DNA of 64,000 nucleotides from Methanobacteriota archaeon (GCA_963787255.1 CAWBCJ010000029.1:576001-640000); one strand, 5' to 3'; shown: positions 44,807-57,091, counted from the stretch's first letter. The notes: generated by a model from the sequence alone, not told the origin. Made by a program: numbers and translations.

Positions 44807-45718
44807 ATGGACGATTATGATATTATTATTATTGGATCGGGACCTGCAGGATTAACGGCAGGTATTTATGCTGGAAGACAGGGATTAAAAACTTTAATTC
44901 TTGAAAAGGCAGTTACAGGTGGGGCTGCATTAATGGTTCCTAATATGGAGAATTATCCGGGATTTGAAATAATTTCAGGCAAAGAATTAATTGATAGAAA
45001 GAAGAAGCAGACACTAAAATACGCCCAGATAAATGAACTTGAAGAAGTTAAAAAAATAGAAATAGAGAATGAAAATGAAATAATCGTATCATCCCAAAAA
45101 AATGATTATAAGGCTAAATCAGTTATTCTGTGTACAGGAACTACTCATAGAAAACTGGGGGTGCCAGGAGAAGCGGAATTCCTTGGAAGGGGGGTTTTTT
45201 ACTGTGCAGTCTGTGATGGGCCTCTTTTTGTAGGTAAAAGGATTTTGGTAGCTGGTGGGGGAAACACAGCAGTGCAAGGTGCTTTATATCTTGATAATAT
45301 TGGATCTTATGTGGCAATTGTTCACAGAAGAGATGAACTTAGGGCTGAAAAGTATTTGCAGGAAAAATTAAATGATAGAGAAATTGCAGTAATTTGGGAC
45401 ACTGTTATAGATGAAATAAATGGTGATATGGTCGTAGAAAAAGTTGTACTGCATAACCGGAAAACCGATGAAGAAAATGAATATGATATAGATGGAATTT
45501 TCATAGCAATTGGAGAAATACCTTCTAACAGTTTAGCAGCAGACATGGGAGTGGAAATCGATCAAGGAGGATATATATTAACTGATAAAAGACAAAAGAC
45601 CAATATCCCACGAATTTATGCTGCAGGAGACAATACTGGTGGATTTAAGCAGTGGATAGTTGCAAGTGGTGAGGGTGCTGTAGCGGCACTATCTGCCTAT
45701 GAAGATTTGCAAAAATAA
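44807..45718 (+). CDS. trxB: Thioredoxin-disulfide reductase
   Basis: GSGPAG, ENYPG, CAVCDG, GGGNTA, HRRD, AAGD. Confidence 0.9.
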   Translation: MDDYDIIIIGSGPAGLTAGIYAGRQGLKTLILEKAVTGGAALMVPNMENYPGFEIISGKELIDRKKKQTLKYAQINELEEVKKIEIENENEIIVSSQKNDYKAKSVILCTGTTHRKLGVPGEAEFLGRGVFYCAVCDGPLFVGKRILVAGGGNTAVQGALYLDNIGSYVAIVHRRDELRAEKYLQEKLNDREIAVIWDTVIDEINGDMVVEKVVLHNRKTDEENEYDIDGIFIAIGEIPSNSLAADMGVEIDQGGYILTDKRQKTNIPRIYAAGDNTGGFKQWIVASGEGAVAALSAYEDLQK

Positions 45719-45774
45719 GTTTCCTTTTTTATTTTAGACCATTAAACAAAATAATTTAAACGCGGTGAATTAAT

Positions 45775-46920
45775 ATGGAATGCCAGGATTACGCATTAAC
45801 AAGAAACACAGAAAGAGATAATTTAAACTTAAATCCTCTCCAGCGTGGTGGAGTACTGCCTGTAGAAGCGAGAAAAGCATTAATGGAGTATTCAGATGGG
45901 TACAGTGTCTGTGATTACTGTGCAGGTAGACTTGATCAGATACCAAATCCCTCAATAACTGGATTTTTAGACGATCTGGCCGGATTTATAAATGTTGACG
46001 AGGCAAGAACCACTCATGGTGCAAGAGAGAGTAAGTTTGCCATAATGCATGCCTTATGCGAGCCAGGAGACACAATTATTGTGGATGGAAATGCTCATTA
46101 TACAACTCATCTTGCTGCTGAACGAAACAAGCTTGAAATGATTGAAGTTCCAAATAATGGGCATCCTGAATACAGTATAACACCACAAAAATATCAGGAA
46201 ACTCTGGAAAATGCTGTTGATAAAGGAATAGATATAAAATTGGCTTTACTTACTCATGTTGATGGTAATTACGGTAATCTTACAGATGCCAAGGAAATTG
46301 GCAAAGTTGCACATAAAGCAGGGATTCCTATAATTTTAAACTGTGCATATTCAATGGGAAGACTTCCAATAGATGCTAAAGATATGAATATGGATTTCGT
46401 GGTTGGGAGCGGTCATAAAAGTATGGCGGCGTCAGGTCCAATCGGTGTAATTGGAATGAAGGAAGAATACGCTGAAACAGTGCTTGGATTATCTAAAAGA
46501 CATGCAGTTAAGGAGATTGAAATGCTTGGATGTACAAGTAGAGGTGCACCAATAGCCACCTTGATGGCATCACTTCCTCATGTTGTAGAGAGGGTCAAGC
46601 ATTGGGACGAAGAAGTTCAAAAGACACGGAATTTTGTAAGTCAAATGGAGGAAATTGAGGGGATCACACAGGTTGGAATTCGACCTAAAGAGCACGACCT
46701 CACCAGATTTGAAACTCCAGTTTTTGATGAAATAGCTCAAAAACATCCACGAAGAGGATTTTTCTTATATGAAGAACTTAAAAAGAAGAATATTGTAGGA
46801 ATAAAACGCGGACAAACAAAATGGTTTAAATGCAGTGTTTACGGATTTAGTGAAGAACAGGTAAGTTATATTGCAGACTCATTTAAGGAAATCGTTGAAA
46901 AATATAAAGAATATCTTTAA
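45775..46920 (+). CDS. pscS: O-phosphoseryl-tRNA:Cys-tRNA synthase (SepCysS)
   Basis: [32 protein letters not shown]. Confidence 0.93.
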   Translation: MECQDYALTRNTERDNLNLNPLQRGGVLPVEARKALMEYSDGYSVCDYCAGRLDQIPNPSITGFLDDLAGFINVDEARTTHGARESKFAIMHALCEPGDTIIVDGNAHYTTHLAAERNKLEMIEVPNNGHPEYSITPQKYQETLENAVDKGIDIKLALLTHVDGNYGNLTDAKEIGKVAHKAGIPIILNCAYSMGRLPIDAKDMNMDFVVGSGHKSMAASGPIGVIGMKEEYAETVLGLSKRHAVKEIEMLGCTSRGAPIATLMASLPHVVERVKHWDEEVQKTRNFVSQMEEIEGITQVGIRPKEHDLTRFETPVFDEIAQKHPRRGFFLYEELKKKNIVGIKRGQTKWFKCSVYGFSEEQVSYIADSFKEIVEKYKEYL

Positions 46921-46971
46921 ATTTTATTTTTTCATATTTAATTTACTAAAAAAAGGAAATATAGGGTTTTA

Positions 46972-49900
46972 TTATAGTCCTGTTGTGAAACTGAATGTGT
47001 AAGCTGCACAATTGTTTCCTGCGCTATCTTTAATAGCTCCTGCTGGAATGTACACTTGGAATAATGTGCTAGCTGCTCTTCTATTTGTTGAGATTGTTAA
47101 AGTATTTCCTGAAATTAATTTGCTAATTGAAAGTACACTTCCTGTTTTCATGTTTTTAACGTATATTTGTGACCAATTAGTGCTTGATTTAATATTTTCA
47201 CCGAATTGAATAACTATGTTACTTCCTCTTGAAACTCCAGTAGTTCCATTTTTAGGAGTAATAGAGACCACTATCGGTGCTGTTTTATCTATTGTATATG
47301 TTTCAGTATAAACTGGAGAATGATTACCTGCTAAATCATAGGCAATAAACTTCAAGGTAGTAGTTGAACTTATTGTTATAGGTCCAGTGTACATTAAGCT
47401 TGTTTTAGTTGGTGTAGTTCCATTTAACGTGTAATAAATTGTTCCTGCTTCATTCATTGTAAGGGTAATTAATTTATCAACATTATATGTCCCTGTTTTG
47501 ATGTCTGCACTTGCTGTTGGGGGTGTGGTGTCTTGAATTGTGGTGAAATTGCTGCTGAAAGCAGTTATGTTATTTCCAGCTAAGTCAGTTATTGAGTTTG
47601 CTGGCAAATTAATAATGTATTTAGTTCCTAGAGCGTAACTTGCACTGTTAGTTAGTGTTAAAACATTACCACTAATGGATTTGGTTATGCTTGTTACTAT
47701 TGCGCCGTTATTGGTTATGTTGATATTATTGTATGCTGTTCCTGATTTTATTGCTTCATTAAAGGTTATTTTGATTATTTTGTTGACTGCAACGTTTGTA
47801 GAACCATTAGCTGGATCTACACTTGTAATGCTTGGAGCAGTTGTATCTGTAACAGGATTACCTGCTACTTCATGGTACCATTCGTTAACAGTTAATGTTT
47901 TAACTCCAATTTGAGAAATATATTGGATTAAACCACTGAAGTTGGATATGGTCCATTGCCAGTCATTAGGGTTACTTGCAACTATTTCGTGTAGTAGTAT
48001 CATGGCGGTTGTGTTTGCTGATATTGCACCATCAACAATTGATTTAGCCTGATCTAAAGTATGATATCCGGTGATTCCATTAATTTCTTTATCTGGAAGC
48101 TGTAGTAAATCCGCAGGGGGATTAGTTATATAACCTTCGTTTATTGTTCTATGAATCAGTACTCCCAATTCACGTAATACTCCTAGTAACTCATCATTAT
48201 ACGCTCCATAAGGGCTTGCAAAATAATAAGCACCATCTGAAAATCCGTTATTATTAAGCCAAGTTATAGCTGTCTGAACTTCAGAAACTTTAGCTGTCCT
48301 ACTTAATGTCGTAAGATCTATATGCTCATTGGCATGGCTTGCTATAGTCCATCCGGCATTATGTAATTCCTGAAGTTCTGCTAAAGTCATATACCAAGGA
48401 GTTCCGATATATGCAGTATTAATAAATACGGTTCCTTTGATTCCGTATTGTTTCATTATTGGGTATGCATTTAGATATATTGATTCAGCTCCGTCATCAA
48501 AGGTTATAACTATCTTGGGGGTTATGGCAGGATTTGCAGCGTTCATTGTAGTGAAATTGCTGGTAAATGCGGTTATGTTATTTCCTGCTAGGTCGGTTAT
48601 TGAATTGGCTGGCAAGTTAATAACGTATTTAGTTCCTATAGCGTAATTTGCACTATTAGTTAATGTTAAAACGCTACCGTTAATGGATTTGGTTATGCTT
48701 GATACTACTGCACCGTTATTGGTTATAGTTGATGCTATTGTATGCTGTTCCTGCTTTTATTGGTTCATTAAATGTTATGTTGATAATTTTATTAAGTGGA
48801 ACGTTTACTGCATTGTTTACTGGGTCAATACCTGTTATTGTAGGCGGTACATTATCTTGAATTGTGGTGAAGTTGCTGGTGAAGGCAGTTATGTTATTTC
48901 CTGCTAGGTCGGTTATTGAGTTTACAGGCAAGTTAATAACGTATTTTGTTCCTATAGCGTAACTTGCGCTGTTAGTTAGTGTTAAAACATTACCAGCTAA
49001 TGGATTTGGTTATGCTTGATACTATTGCGCCGTTATTGGTTATATTGATGCTATTGTATGCTGTTCCTGCTTTTATTGCTTCATTAAAGGTTATTTTGAT
49101 TACTTTATTGACTGCAACGTTTATAGCACTATTAGCTGGATCAACACTTGTAATATTTGGAGCAGTTGTATCTGTAACAGGATTACCTGTTACTTCCTGG
49201 TACCATTCGTTAACGGTTAATGTTTTAACTCCAGTTTGAGAAATATATTGAATTAATCCATTAAAATTAGCTTACACTCCACTGCCAGTTCGCCATCTTC
49301 ACCAGAAGCAATTACTGGAAGTATTTCGTGTAGTAGTATGATAGCGGTTGTGTTTGTGGATATTGCACCATCAACAATTGATTTAGCCTGAGCTAAAGTA
49401 TGATATCCGTCAACTCCATTTATTTCTTTATCTGGGAGTCGTAATAAATCAGCAGGAGGATTTGTAATGTAACCATCTTCTACTGTTCGATGGATTTTTA
49501 TTCCTAATTGACGTAATACATCCAATACTTCATCATCGTATGATCCATATGGTCTTGCAAAATAATATGCACCATCTCCAAATCCATTACTATTAAGCCA
49601 ATTTATAGCTGTTTGAACTTCAGAAACTTTATTTGCTCTACTTAATGTTGTAAGATCTAAATGTTCATTTCCATGGTTTGCTACGGTCCATCCGGCATTA
49701 TGTAATTCTTGAAGTTCTGCTAGGGTCATATACCAATCGTCTCCAATAAAAGCCGGATTGACAAATACGGTTCCTTTGATTCCGTATTGTTGCATTATGG
49801 GATATGCGTAGGTATATACTGATTCAGCTCCATCATCAAAGGTTAAAACTATTGTTCCATTTACACTGTTGGCTGCAGCTAATGCTGATACACTACTTTC

Positions 49901-50260
49901 AGTGTAAGTTAATTCTTGGGTTGGACTAGAACTAGTGGTTACTGCCGAATTATTGGAAGAATCAGCCACATCTTCATTAGTTTTTTGTGTAGGCGTTGTA
50001 TTTGAGGATGCAGTAGTTAGTGTTTTGTTTGATTCGCTTGTTGGTGTAGGGGACGAATTTTGGGTATTATCATAATTTGTGGTGTTCGTTATTGTAGAAT
50101 TGTTATTTCCAGAATCATTAGCATAAGTATTGTCTCCAGTAACTGCAGAAACTTCACTAATACTTATGCTGAATGCCAAAGTCAGGAGCAACAAAAAAAT
50201 AATGATTTTATTTTTATGTCTAAAATTTGTAAAATTACTTAAAATTTCACGATTTTTAAT
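46972..50260 (-). CDS. Large secreted protein: two polysaccharide deacetylase (CE4/NodB) domains, several Ig-like repeats and a chitobiase-C-like domain; several frameshifts
   Basis: TFDDG, HxNEH, LLHE twice; repeated SITDLAGNNITAF.SNFTT; TIYYTLNGTTPT; frame breaks near 49290, 49270, 48995, 48720. Confidence 0.8.
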
Positions 50261-50656
50261 TCATATTCCCTCCAATCGCTTTTTTAGATAAAAACTTGAT
50301 TTATTAAAAGTTATTTTGTTTAATAAAGAGATTAAATATCTAAAATTTAAGATACAGCCCGTAATTTTAGATATTAATATTATGGTAGTATATTATTACT
50401 AATATATAATAAATTAAGGTAATAAATAGTTAACTATTAGTAATAAAATAAAGAATATTATTTTTTTAAAGGAGACACTTTTTTACGGTATCTTGCAAAG
50501 TTTAGACTTGTTTATCAGGCAAAAATGGAAATAAATAATGATAAAAATATTAAAAAGTTGATAACTCAACTCGCTTATGAAAACATAAGTCGACATATTC
50601 CTCTATCTAACATGAATTACAAATTAAATATACAAAACTAATTAGGATTTTAATAT

Positions 50657-51460
50657 ATGAAAATTCGAGAAATAGAATCTAAATCAATTTTCTCAAAAAC
50701 CGGAATTCCAGTTGCAGATTATGTAATAAATCCTTATGTAGGTTGCATTCATTCTTGTATGTTCTGTTACGCACGTTTTATGAAAAGATTTACTGGACAT
50801 CAAGAAGAATGGGGAGACTTTATAGATGTTAAAATAAATGCCCCTGACTTAATCCCTAAAAAAGCCACTAAATATAAAGGTAAATACATCTTTCTTTCAT
50901 CTGTAACTGATCCATATCTACCTTTAGAACGTAAATACAAACTAACACGTAGAATAATAGAAAAATTAATTCCATTAAAGCCAGTTTTAGGAATTCTCAC
51001 CAAATCGGATTTAATTTTAAGAGATATTGATTTAATAAAACAATTCCAATCATCAGAGGTTGGATTTTCATTTTCAACCCTTGATGAAAAAATAAGAAAG
51101 AAAGTGGAACCCGGAGCAAAACCTGTTAAAATGAGAATAAAAGCATTAAAAGAAATTCATGATGCCGAAATAAAAACCTATGTTTTTATAAGTCCTATTT
51201 TACCTTATTTAACAGATTGGGAAGATATAGTTGAAAAAACAAGAGATCATGCTGATTATTTCATGTTTGAAAATCTAAACGTCACTGGAACTGTATGGGC
51301 TTCTGTTAAACGTTTTTTAGAAGAAAAATATCCGGATTTGACTCAAAAATACAGAGAAATCTATTTTAAAGATAATCCATACTGGGAAATTGTTGAAGAA
51401 GAAATAATTGAATTTTGTAAAAATGAGAATCTTGAATGCAAAATGTATTTCCATCACTAA
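50657..51460 (+). CDS. Radical SAM protein, spore photoproduct lyase-like family
   Basis: INPYVGCIHSCMFCYA, SSVTDPY, LTKSDL..RD, ISPILP. Confidence 0.85.
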   Translation: MKIREIESKSIFSKTGIPVADYVINPYVGCIHSCMFCYARFMKRFTGHQEEWGDFIDVKINAPDLIPKKATKYKGKYIFLSSVTDPYLPLERKYKLTRRIIEKLIPLKPVLGILTKSDLILRDIDLIKQFQSSEVGFSFSTLDEKIRKKVEPGAKPVKMRIKALKEIHDAEIKTYVFISPILPYLTDWEDIVEKTRDHADYFMFENLNVTGTVWASVKRFLEEKYPDLTQKYREIYFKDNPYWEIVEEEIIEFCKNENLECKMYFHH

Positions 51461-51474
51461 AAAAAAGGAAATGG

Positions 51475-51939
51475 TTATTTATTAATTTTAATTACTGGAA
51501 ATTGTACCTCTGTAAGCAGTTCTTCAGGTTTTACTTCGTTTGGACTATTTAGATAAACCTCAGTAACAGGTCCTATTATGTCATAACCATTTTCTATAGC
51601 ATATTTAGCTAATCCATCAATTATTGGTCCTACTTGGTCATAAGGACCATTATGCATGGTTGCAACTACTGTATGCTCTGGAATTATTTTAACCTGAACG
51701 TTTCCTTCATCACTAGCAGTACCTTCAAATGAAGCCCCTATTTCATAGAAAAGTTCTTCTGGCGGTACATCATCAGGCCTATTGAAATAAGCTCCGTAAA
51801 TCATTCCGGTCATATTAAGGTTTTTATTCATCACCCATTCTATTACTTCGCCCATAAGTTCTGGAATCTTATCATAAGGTCCTCTATATCTTATAAATGC
51901 CACTTGTGTGTCTTGCATCCTTTTTTCTTCTACTTCCAT
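51475..51939 (-). CDS. GyrI-like small-molecule-binding protein
   Basis: GPYD repeated, EVYLNSP...LLTEVQFPV. Confidence 0.88.
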   Translation of the reverse strand: MEVEEKRMQDTQVAFIRYRGPYDKIPELMGEVIEWVMNKNLNMTGMIYGAYFNRPDDVPPEELFYEIGASFEGTASDEGNVQVKIIPEHTVVATMHNGPYDQVGPIIDGLAKYAIENGYDIIGPVTEVYLNSPNEVKPEELLTEVQFPVIKINK

Positions 51940-52237
51940 AATAAAATCCTCCAGTAAACTTTTGAATATTGAACTTTAATAATTTTTTGGATACTGAACT
52001 ATTTTCAATTATAAAAGTCATAATATATTTTTCAGCTACTTTTTTTGAGTTTAATTGCAAGATTTGACCTTTCCATGGCCAAACCCAATTTGTAAACATA
52101 TTGAACTCAGATTTTCAAGAAAGCTTCACTTATAATGTCCATTTTGCCATACAATAAATAGTTACATCCTAAGATGGAAATAAGGTATTTAAATGTATAT
52201 TATAGTATTAAAAAAGTAAATTAAAAAAAATTGAATT

Positions 52238-52501
52238 TTATTCTACAATTCTAACTTCCTGTATTGCAGGTTTGGCTATAGCTCTAGCAATAATTACTGT
52301 TGCTACAACTGCAATTATGGTAATTAAAACTGCATAAATAAGCAGACCAGTAATTCCGCCCTGTTTTGGGAATAATTCCAGAATGATTGCTTTAATTGCT
52401 TCATTCCATGCTAGTGCGGCGATTAATCCAAAAGCGGTTGTCATTAATGTTGCTATTGTTGCAAGCACCTGGCCTTTCATTTCTACAACTGTTTCTTTCA
52501 T
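52238..52501 (-). CDS. Small two-TM membrane protein (DUF5654-like)
   Basis: AFGLIAALAWNEAI, YAVLIT. Confidence 0.75.
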   Translation of the reverse strand: MKETVVEMKGQVLATIATLMTTAFGLIAALAWNEAIKAIILELFPKQGGITGLLIYAVLITIIAVVATVIIARAIAKPAIQEVRIVE

Positions 52502-52639
52502 TTTAATATACCTCCTAAAAATAAAAGTTAGTATTATATTACTATGTTAGTAAATAAATACATTTTGGTTTTTAAGGAGTATTATTTATTTATAAGTTGA
52601 TTTTAGAAATTTTATACGGATATAACTGATATTAATAAA

Positions 52640-53353
52640 TTATTTACCATCATTATCCTCGTAATCAGTCATGAGTTCGATTTCCTCGTCTAAAAGTGAC
52701 GGTCCGCCTTTTTTCTCATGTCTAATTAAGAGCCATAAACCAAAAGTAGCACCTATAAGTGCACCCACTATGTCTAGAATCAGATCAGTCATTGTATCAG
52801 TAAAAGGGTCTAATATTGGAGATCCTTGAGTTAAAACACCTCTAGAGATATAAAAATTCGTAGCAGGACCTATAAACTGATCATAAATATATTCTATTAC
52901 TTCTATTATGCCTCCAAGCCCAATTGTAACCAGAACTATTATACCAAATGCCAATGCATAACTGGCTTTGAATTTACCGAATCGATAACCAATATAAACC
53001 AGCAGCATTCCTACAAATGATGTTATAGTAGGAACCAGGGCATGCTGAAACTTGTCATAATATTCAAATCTCCAATAAAAACCCAATGAATTAGCAATTA
53101 CATACTCAAAGGTCACTATTAAAAGGAAAAGAATTTCAACTTCAAGGGGAATAAAGATATGCTGACGTGTTAAAATTGTAGGAAGCAGAATAAGAAACAC
53201 TGCAATAAGGATCATAATGCCAAAAACAGGAAATCCAAAGAGGATCTCATAAATTCCAAACGATATAAGAAATATCCTCAAACTCCAGGCAACAGTAACA
53301 CTTGTTTTGTGATTTTTAAAGAGAGAATTTTCCATTTCAAACATATTCTGCAC
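52640..53353 (-). CDS. Multi-pass membrane protein with D..H / E..E / DT..D motifs
   Basis: YDKFQH, IEVIEY, DTMTDL in a hydrophobic ORF. Confidence 0.7.
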   Translation of the reverse strand: MQNMFEMENSLFKNHKTSVTVAWSLRIFLISFGIYEILFGFPVFGIMILIAVFLILLPTILTRQHIFIPLEVEILFLLIVTFEYVIANSLGFYWRFEYYDKFQHALVPTITSFVGMLLVYIGYRFGKFKASYALAFGIIVLVTIGLGGIIEVIEYIYDQFIGPATNFYISRGVLTQGSPILDPFTDTMTDLILDIVGALIGATFGLWLLIRHEKKGGPSLLDEEIELMTDYEDNDGK

Positions 53354-53557
53354 CTGAAATATTTGATATTGAGGTTATAGTACTACAATTATAATAGATT
53401 TTTCTAATTTTTTTTGCTTAAATTGATTTTTTTTCAATCATTCTTTTATTATCTATTTTTAAAAGAAAAAAAATATTATCTGTAAATTTATAAAATAAAT
53501 TAGGAAAAAGAATATGATTTAATATTCTATGAGATAATGCCTTTTTGAAAAATAAGA

Positions 53558-54055
53558 CTATTTAGCAGCTCCAGGATTTGCATCAGTATTTAAGACTATT
53601 GCATTGTCTGCAGAGTTTTTTAAGGCTATGCTGAAGCCTGGTTCGGCGCCAATAACTATGGTTTCTTTTCCATTTTCTTTAGCGATGTTTATTAAAGGTA
53701 AAAAGTCTGCATTACGTGTCATCAATGCAATAACATCTATATTAGGATTATAAATTAGTTCGAAAGCCTCTACAGCTAGCTGAACATCAACATCGCCTGC
53801 AACTATTATGGGGGAAAAACCTTGGTTTACAACAGCTTCAATTAGCTTATCTGAAGCATACTGGTTCATCAAAACCTTTGCCACTTTTAATTTACCTGTT
53901 TCGTTTACTATCTCTTTTATTATTTCCAAATCCAGATGGAATTCATTCCGGAGCATATTGGGTCCATCTATTAATAATCCCACGTTTTTATCTCCAGATT
54001 TTCGTGTTAAGGGAATATACTCCTTAAACGAAGTTAATTTTTCTAAATTACGCAC
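53558..54055 (-). CDS. NYN domain protein (TIGR00288-like)
   Basis: IDGPNML, GDVDV, RNADFLP, GAEPGFS. Confidence 0.88.
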   Translation of the reverse strand: MRNLEKLTSFKEYIPLTRKSGDKNVGLLIDGPNMLRNEFHLDLEIIKEIVNETGKLKVAKVLMNQYASDKLIEAVVNQGFSPIIVAGDVDVQLAVEAFELIYNPNIDVIALMTRNADFLPLINIAKENGKETIVIGAEPGFSIALKNSADNAIVLNTDANPGAAK

Positions 54056-54304
54056 GTTTTCACTCCTATGGTTTTAAATTGTTTGATGATTATAACATTA
54101 AATTGAATAAATTAAATGTTCATACTTTTTTATATGTATTAATATATGTGTTCAAAGCCTATAAATATATGCCAAGTTCTCACCAAAATTCAAAAAGGAA
54201 CTACTAAAAAAATTTGAGTAAAATACATTAAAATGATTTATGGATACTTAAAATATGCTCAATTCATTTATAACCGTATTTTAAGTTATTTTATACTATA
54301 TTAA

Positions 54305-54878
54305 TCATTTGTGCACTTTGTTTTTCTTTAAAACCATAAATACGTCTTTTCCATCCTTACAGTCTCCAGGTGCATATTCTTCAATATGTTCTTGTCTATA
54401 ATATTTTTCAGGTTCAAAAACGGACTCAACAAATCCTATTTTCTTATATGATTTTATAGCCCGAATATTTTTTGCGCAGGGTCTGATAATCAGAGTATCA
54501 AAGATTTTCTTCAACAATTCAGAGCTTAAAATCTTTAAAGCAGATGTTCCGTATCCTTTACCTGTGTAATCAAGTGATTTAAGCCATATGTCTAGTTCAG
54601 CAACGCCTTCCATTAAACCAAAACCGGTATAGGATATAAATCCAATTTCTTTTTCTTCATCATTCTCTTTTAGTATAATTATGTAAGCGCGCCCTTTTTC
54701 TGGGCTTGAATCATTAAAAAAGAAATCTTCGTAATCGTCTTTAAATTCCTGAAAAGCTGGAATAGTATCGGGGGAATATCCCGTTAATTCATTGAGGAAT
54801 GGGGAGAAAGTCTGAGAAATATAGCCATTCATATGCATTTTTCCTATCCTCTAGTCCTGCGCCTTTTAAATAGATCAT
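54305..54878 (-). CDS. GNAT family acetyltransferase (frameshift near 54809)
   Basis: ELDIW...GKGYG, N.RAIKSY.K.GF; AGGTG RBS and MIYLKGAGLEDRKNAYEWL N-terminus in alternate frame. Confidence 0.8.
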
Positions 54879-55056
54879 GTTACACCTATAAATCTGATTA
54901 AAGCAATGGATTTAATTTTGGTTTTGATACTTATTCAAGATTTCGAAAGAACCAAAAAAGATATATATTTTAACCTACTTATTATTCTTAACTTTCAGAA
55001 AATACTGAAAATTATAAAAGTAATGAAAGTTATTAATATGTTCAAGGTGAAAAAAA

Positions 55057-55608
55057 ATGAATCCCATATTAGAAAATATAAAAAACAGAAGAAGCGTACG
55101 AAAATACAAAAATGAGCAAATAAAGGACGAAGAACTGGATAAAATATTAGAAGCAGCCATATATGCACCCACAGGACATAATGACCAGCCATGGCACTTC
55201 ACCATAATCCAAAATGAGGATCTAATCAATAAAATTAGTGAGGGTGCAAAAGCAGTGATGAGAAAGATGGATATAGAATGGATAGCGCAAATGGGCGCAA
55301 TGGAAACGCTAAATATATTTCATAGGGCACCTACAGCCGTAATTGTATCTGGAAAGAAAAATGCAGTTACTCCAATGGTAGACTGTTCGGCTGCAGTTCA
55401 AAACATGCTTCTTGCAGCTGAAAGCATGGATATAGGATCCTGCTGGATAGGATTTGCCAAGTTCTTTTTCATGAACCCCGAAAACATGAAAAAATTCAAA
55501 ATTCCAGAAGATCACGAAGTCCATTTCGGAGTATCCTTAGGTTACAAAGTAAAAGAAAACCCTAAAGCTCTAAAAAGGAACAAAAATGTATTTAATTATT
55601 TCAAATAA
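55057..55608 (+). CDS. Nitroreductase family protein
   Basis: RRSVRKY, APTGHNDQPW, QNMLLAA, GSCWIG. Confidence 0.92.
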   Translation: MNPILENIKNRRSVRKYKNEQIKDEELDKILEAAIYAPTGHNDQPWHFTIIQNEDLINKISEGAKAVMRKMDIEWIAQMGAMETLNIFHRAPTAVIVSGKKNAVTPMVDCSAAVQNMLLAAESMDIGSCWIGFAKFFFMNPENMKKFKIPEDHEVHFGVSLGYKVKENPKALKRNKNVFNYFK

Positions 55609-55633
55609 CCATTTAAACCGGATTTGATAAAAA

Positions 55634-56134
55634 ATGGCATTTAAAAAAGTATCTCCCCAAGAAGAATTCAGAGAAGTAGTATATGAAAGCTGCAAAGCGC
55701 TTGGACTGGAAGATTTCCCTTCCAGGCTACTTTCAGTCCTTCAAAGCGAGGCGAAAGAAATATCCTTAGGCGAACTTGCAGAAATAACAGGATACAGCTT
55801 ATCCGGACTCAGCACGACCCTAAAAGCCCTAGAACAAAGAGGGCTGGTAAAGCGGTTTAAAAAACCAAAGTCAAGAAAGGTCTTTATTTCAATGGATAAG
55901 GATATAACTACCTATTTCATCATGTTACAAAAAAATAGGCTTATAAATAGCATGAAAACTTCTTTAGAAAAAATTCCAGTCATAATAGAAAAATATAAGA
56001 AAATGGAAGACGTTGGGGAAGAACTAGAAATATTAGAAGACTATTACGAGCAGGTGCTGTTAATTGCAGAAGAAAGCAGGAAATACATTGAAGCTCTAGA
56101 AAAAAGGAGAGAAGAATTTAGAAAATTGAAATAA
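55634..56134 (+). CDS. GbsR/MarR family transcriptional regulator
   Basis: SLGELAEITGYSLSGLSTTLKALEQRGLV wHTH, SRK wing. Confidence 0.82.
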   Translation: MAFKKVSPQEEFREVVYESCKALGLEDFPSRLLSVLQSEAKEISLGELAEITGYSLSGLSTTLKALEQRGLVKRFKKPKSRKVFISMDKDITTYFIMLQKNRLINSMKTSLEKIPVIIEKYKKMEDVGEELEILEDYYEQVLLIAEESRKYIEALEKRREEFRKLK

Positions 56135-56155
56135 AAATAAATTAGAGGTTTAAAT

Positions 56156-57091
56156 ATGGAAACAAAAATTAAGAACATCAATACTCAATCAGACATAAAA
56201 AATAGCGCTAATTGTTCTCCAATTAGTTCTATAGTCTCAAATGTTAAAATTAGAATTACTGGAGGATTAAATGAAAAAGATCTAAATGAACTTTACAAAT
56301 GCAATTTATGCAACAACTGCCACATGGCAGGCTTTAATCATGGTGCAAGGGAAAGAGCAGTGAATAAAAGTATTGTAATGCCCCATCTAAATGTTATCCG
56401 ACAAAATATCAGCGAGTTTGGTAATCCTTACGGTATAGACCACATACGTGAAGGTGATGGAAAAGAAAATATTGAAACTGTGCTTTTTAGAGGATGCACA
56501 CCGTCATACAAAACTTCAGAGACACTTGAATCTGTAAAAAGCCTACTTAATCGCGAAAGCATAAATTATGGCTTGATAGATAATGAAACATGCTGCGGTA
56601 ACATTTTATTTAATCTGGGAGACAATGAATCAGGATTGGAGGTAGTAAAGAAAAATGTGGAAAAATTCAAAGCATCAGGAGTTAAAAGAATTATAACAAT
56701 ATGTCCTGGTTGTTATAATGCATTTAATAAATATTATAAAGGATACAACGGATTCAATCCTGAAATCATACTTGCTGTTGATCTATTAGATGAATTATCA
56801 ATTTCTGGAGAATTTATTGTTCAAGATCCATGTCATGCTAAAGAAAAAAGCAGTACCGTACGCAGAATACTTGGGGATGCAAAAAATGGAAACTTAAGTC
56901 AATGCTGCGGGGCTGGAGGTGGTGTAATCGCACATGATGAGCAGACAGCTATTTCAAGAGCAACAAAAGCCGTTGAAAACAGTTCTAATAAAATAGTCAC
57001 CTACTGTCCATTTTGCTATCTTAACCTATCATCTGTAAATTCTGATAAAGTAATAGATATCTACATGTTGTTAAATGAATCTGGTTATTAA
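56156..57091 (+). CDS. CCG-domain Fe-S protein (HdrB/HdrD-like)
   Basis: CNLCNNC, FRGC, TCCG, CPGC, DPCH, CCGAGGG, CPFC. Confidence 0.85.
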   Translation: METKIKNINTQSDIKNSANCSPISSIVSNVKIRITGGLNEKDLNELYKCNLCNNCHMAGFNHGARERAVNKSIVMPHLNVIRQNISEFGNPYGIDHIREGDGKENIETVLFRGCTPSYKTSETLESVKSLLNRESINYGLIDNETCCGNILFNLGDNESGLEVVKKNVEKFKASGVKRIITICPGCYNAFNKYYKGYNGFNPEIILAVDLLDELSISGEFIVQDPCHAKEKSSTVRRILGDAKNGNLSQCCGAGGGVIAHDEQTAISRATKAVENSSNKIVTYCPFCYLNLSSVNSDKVIDIYMLLNESGY

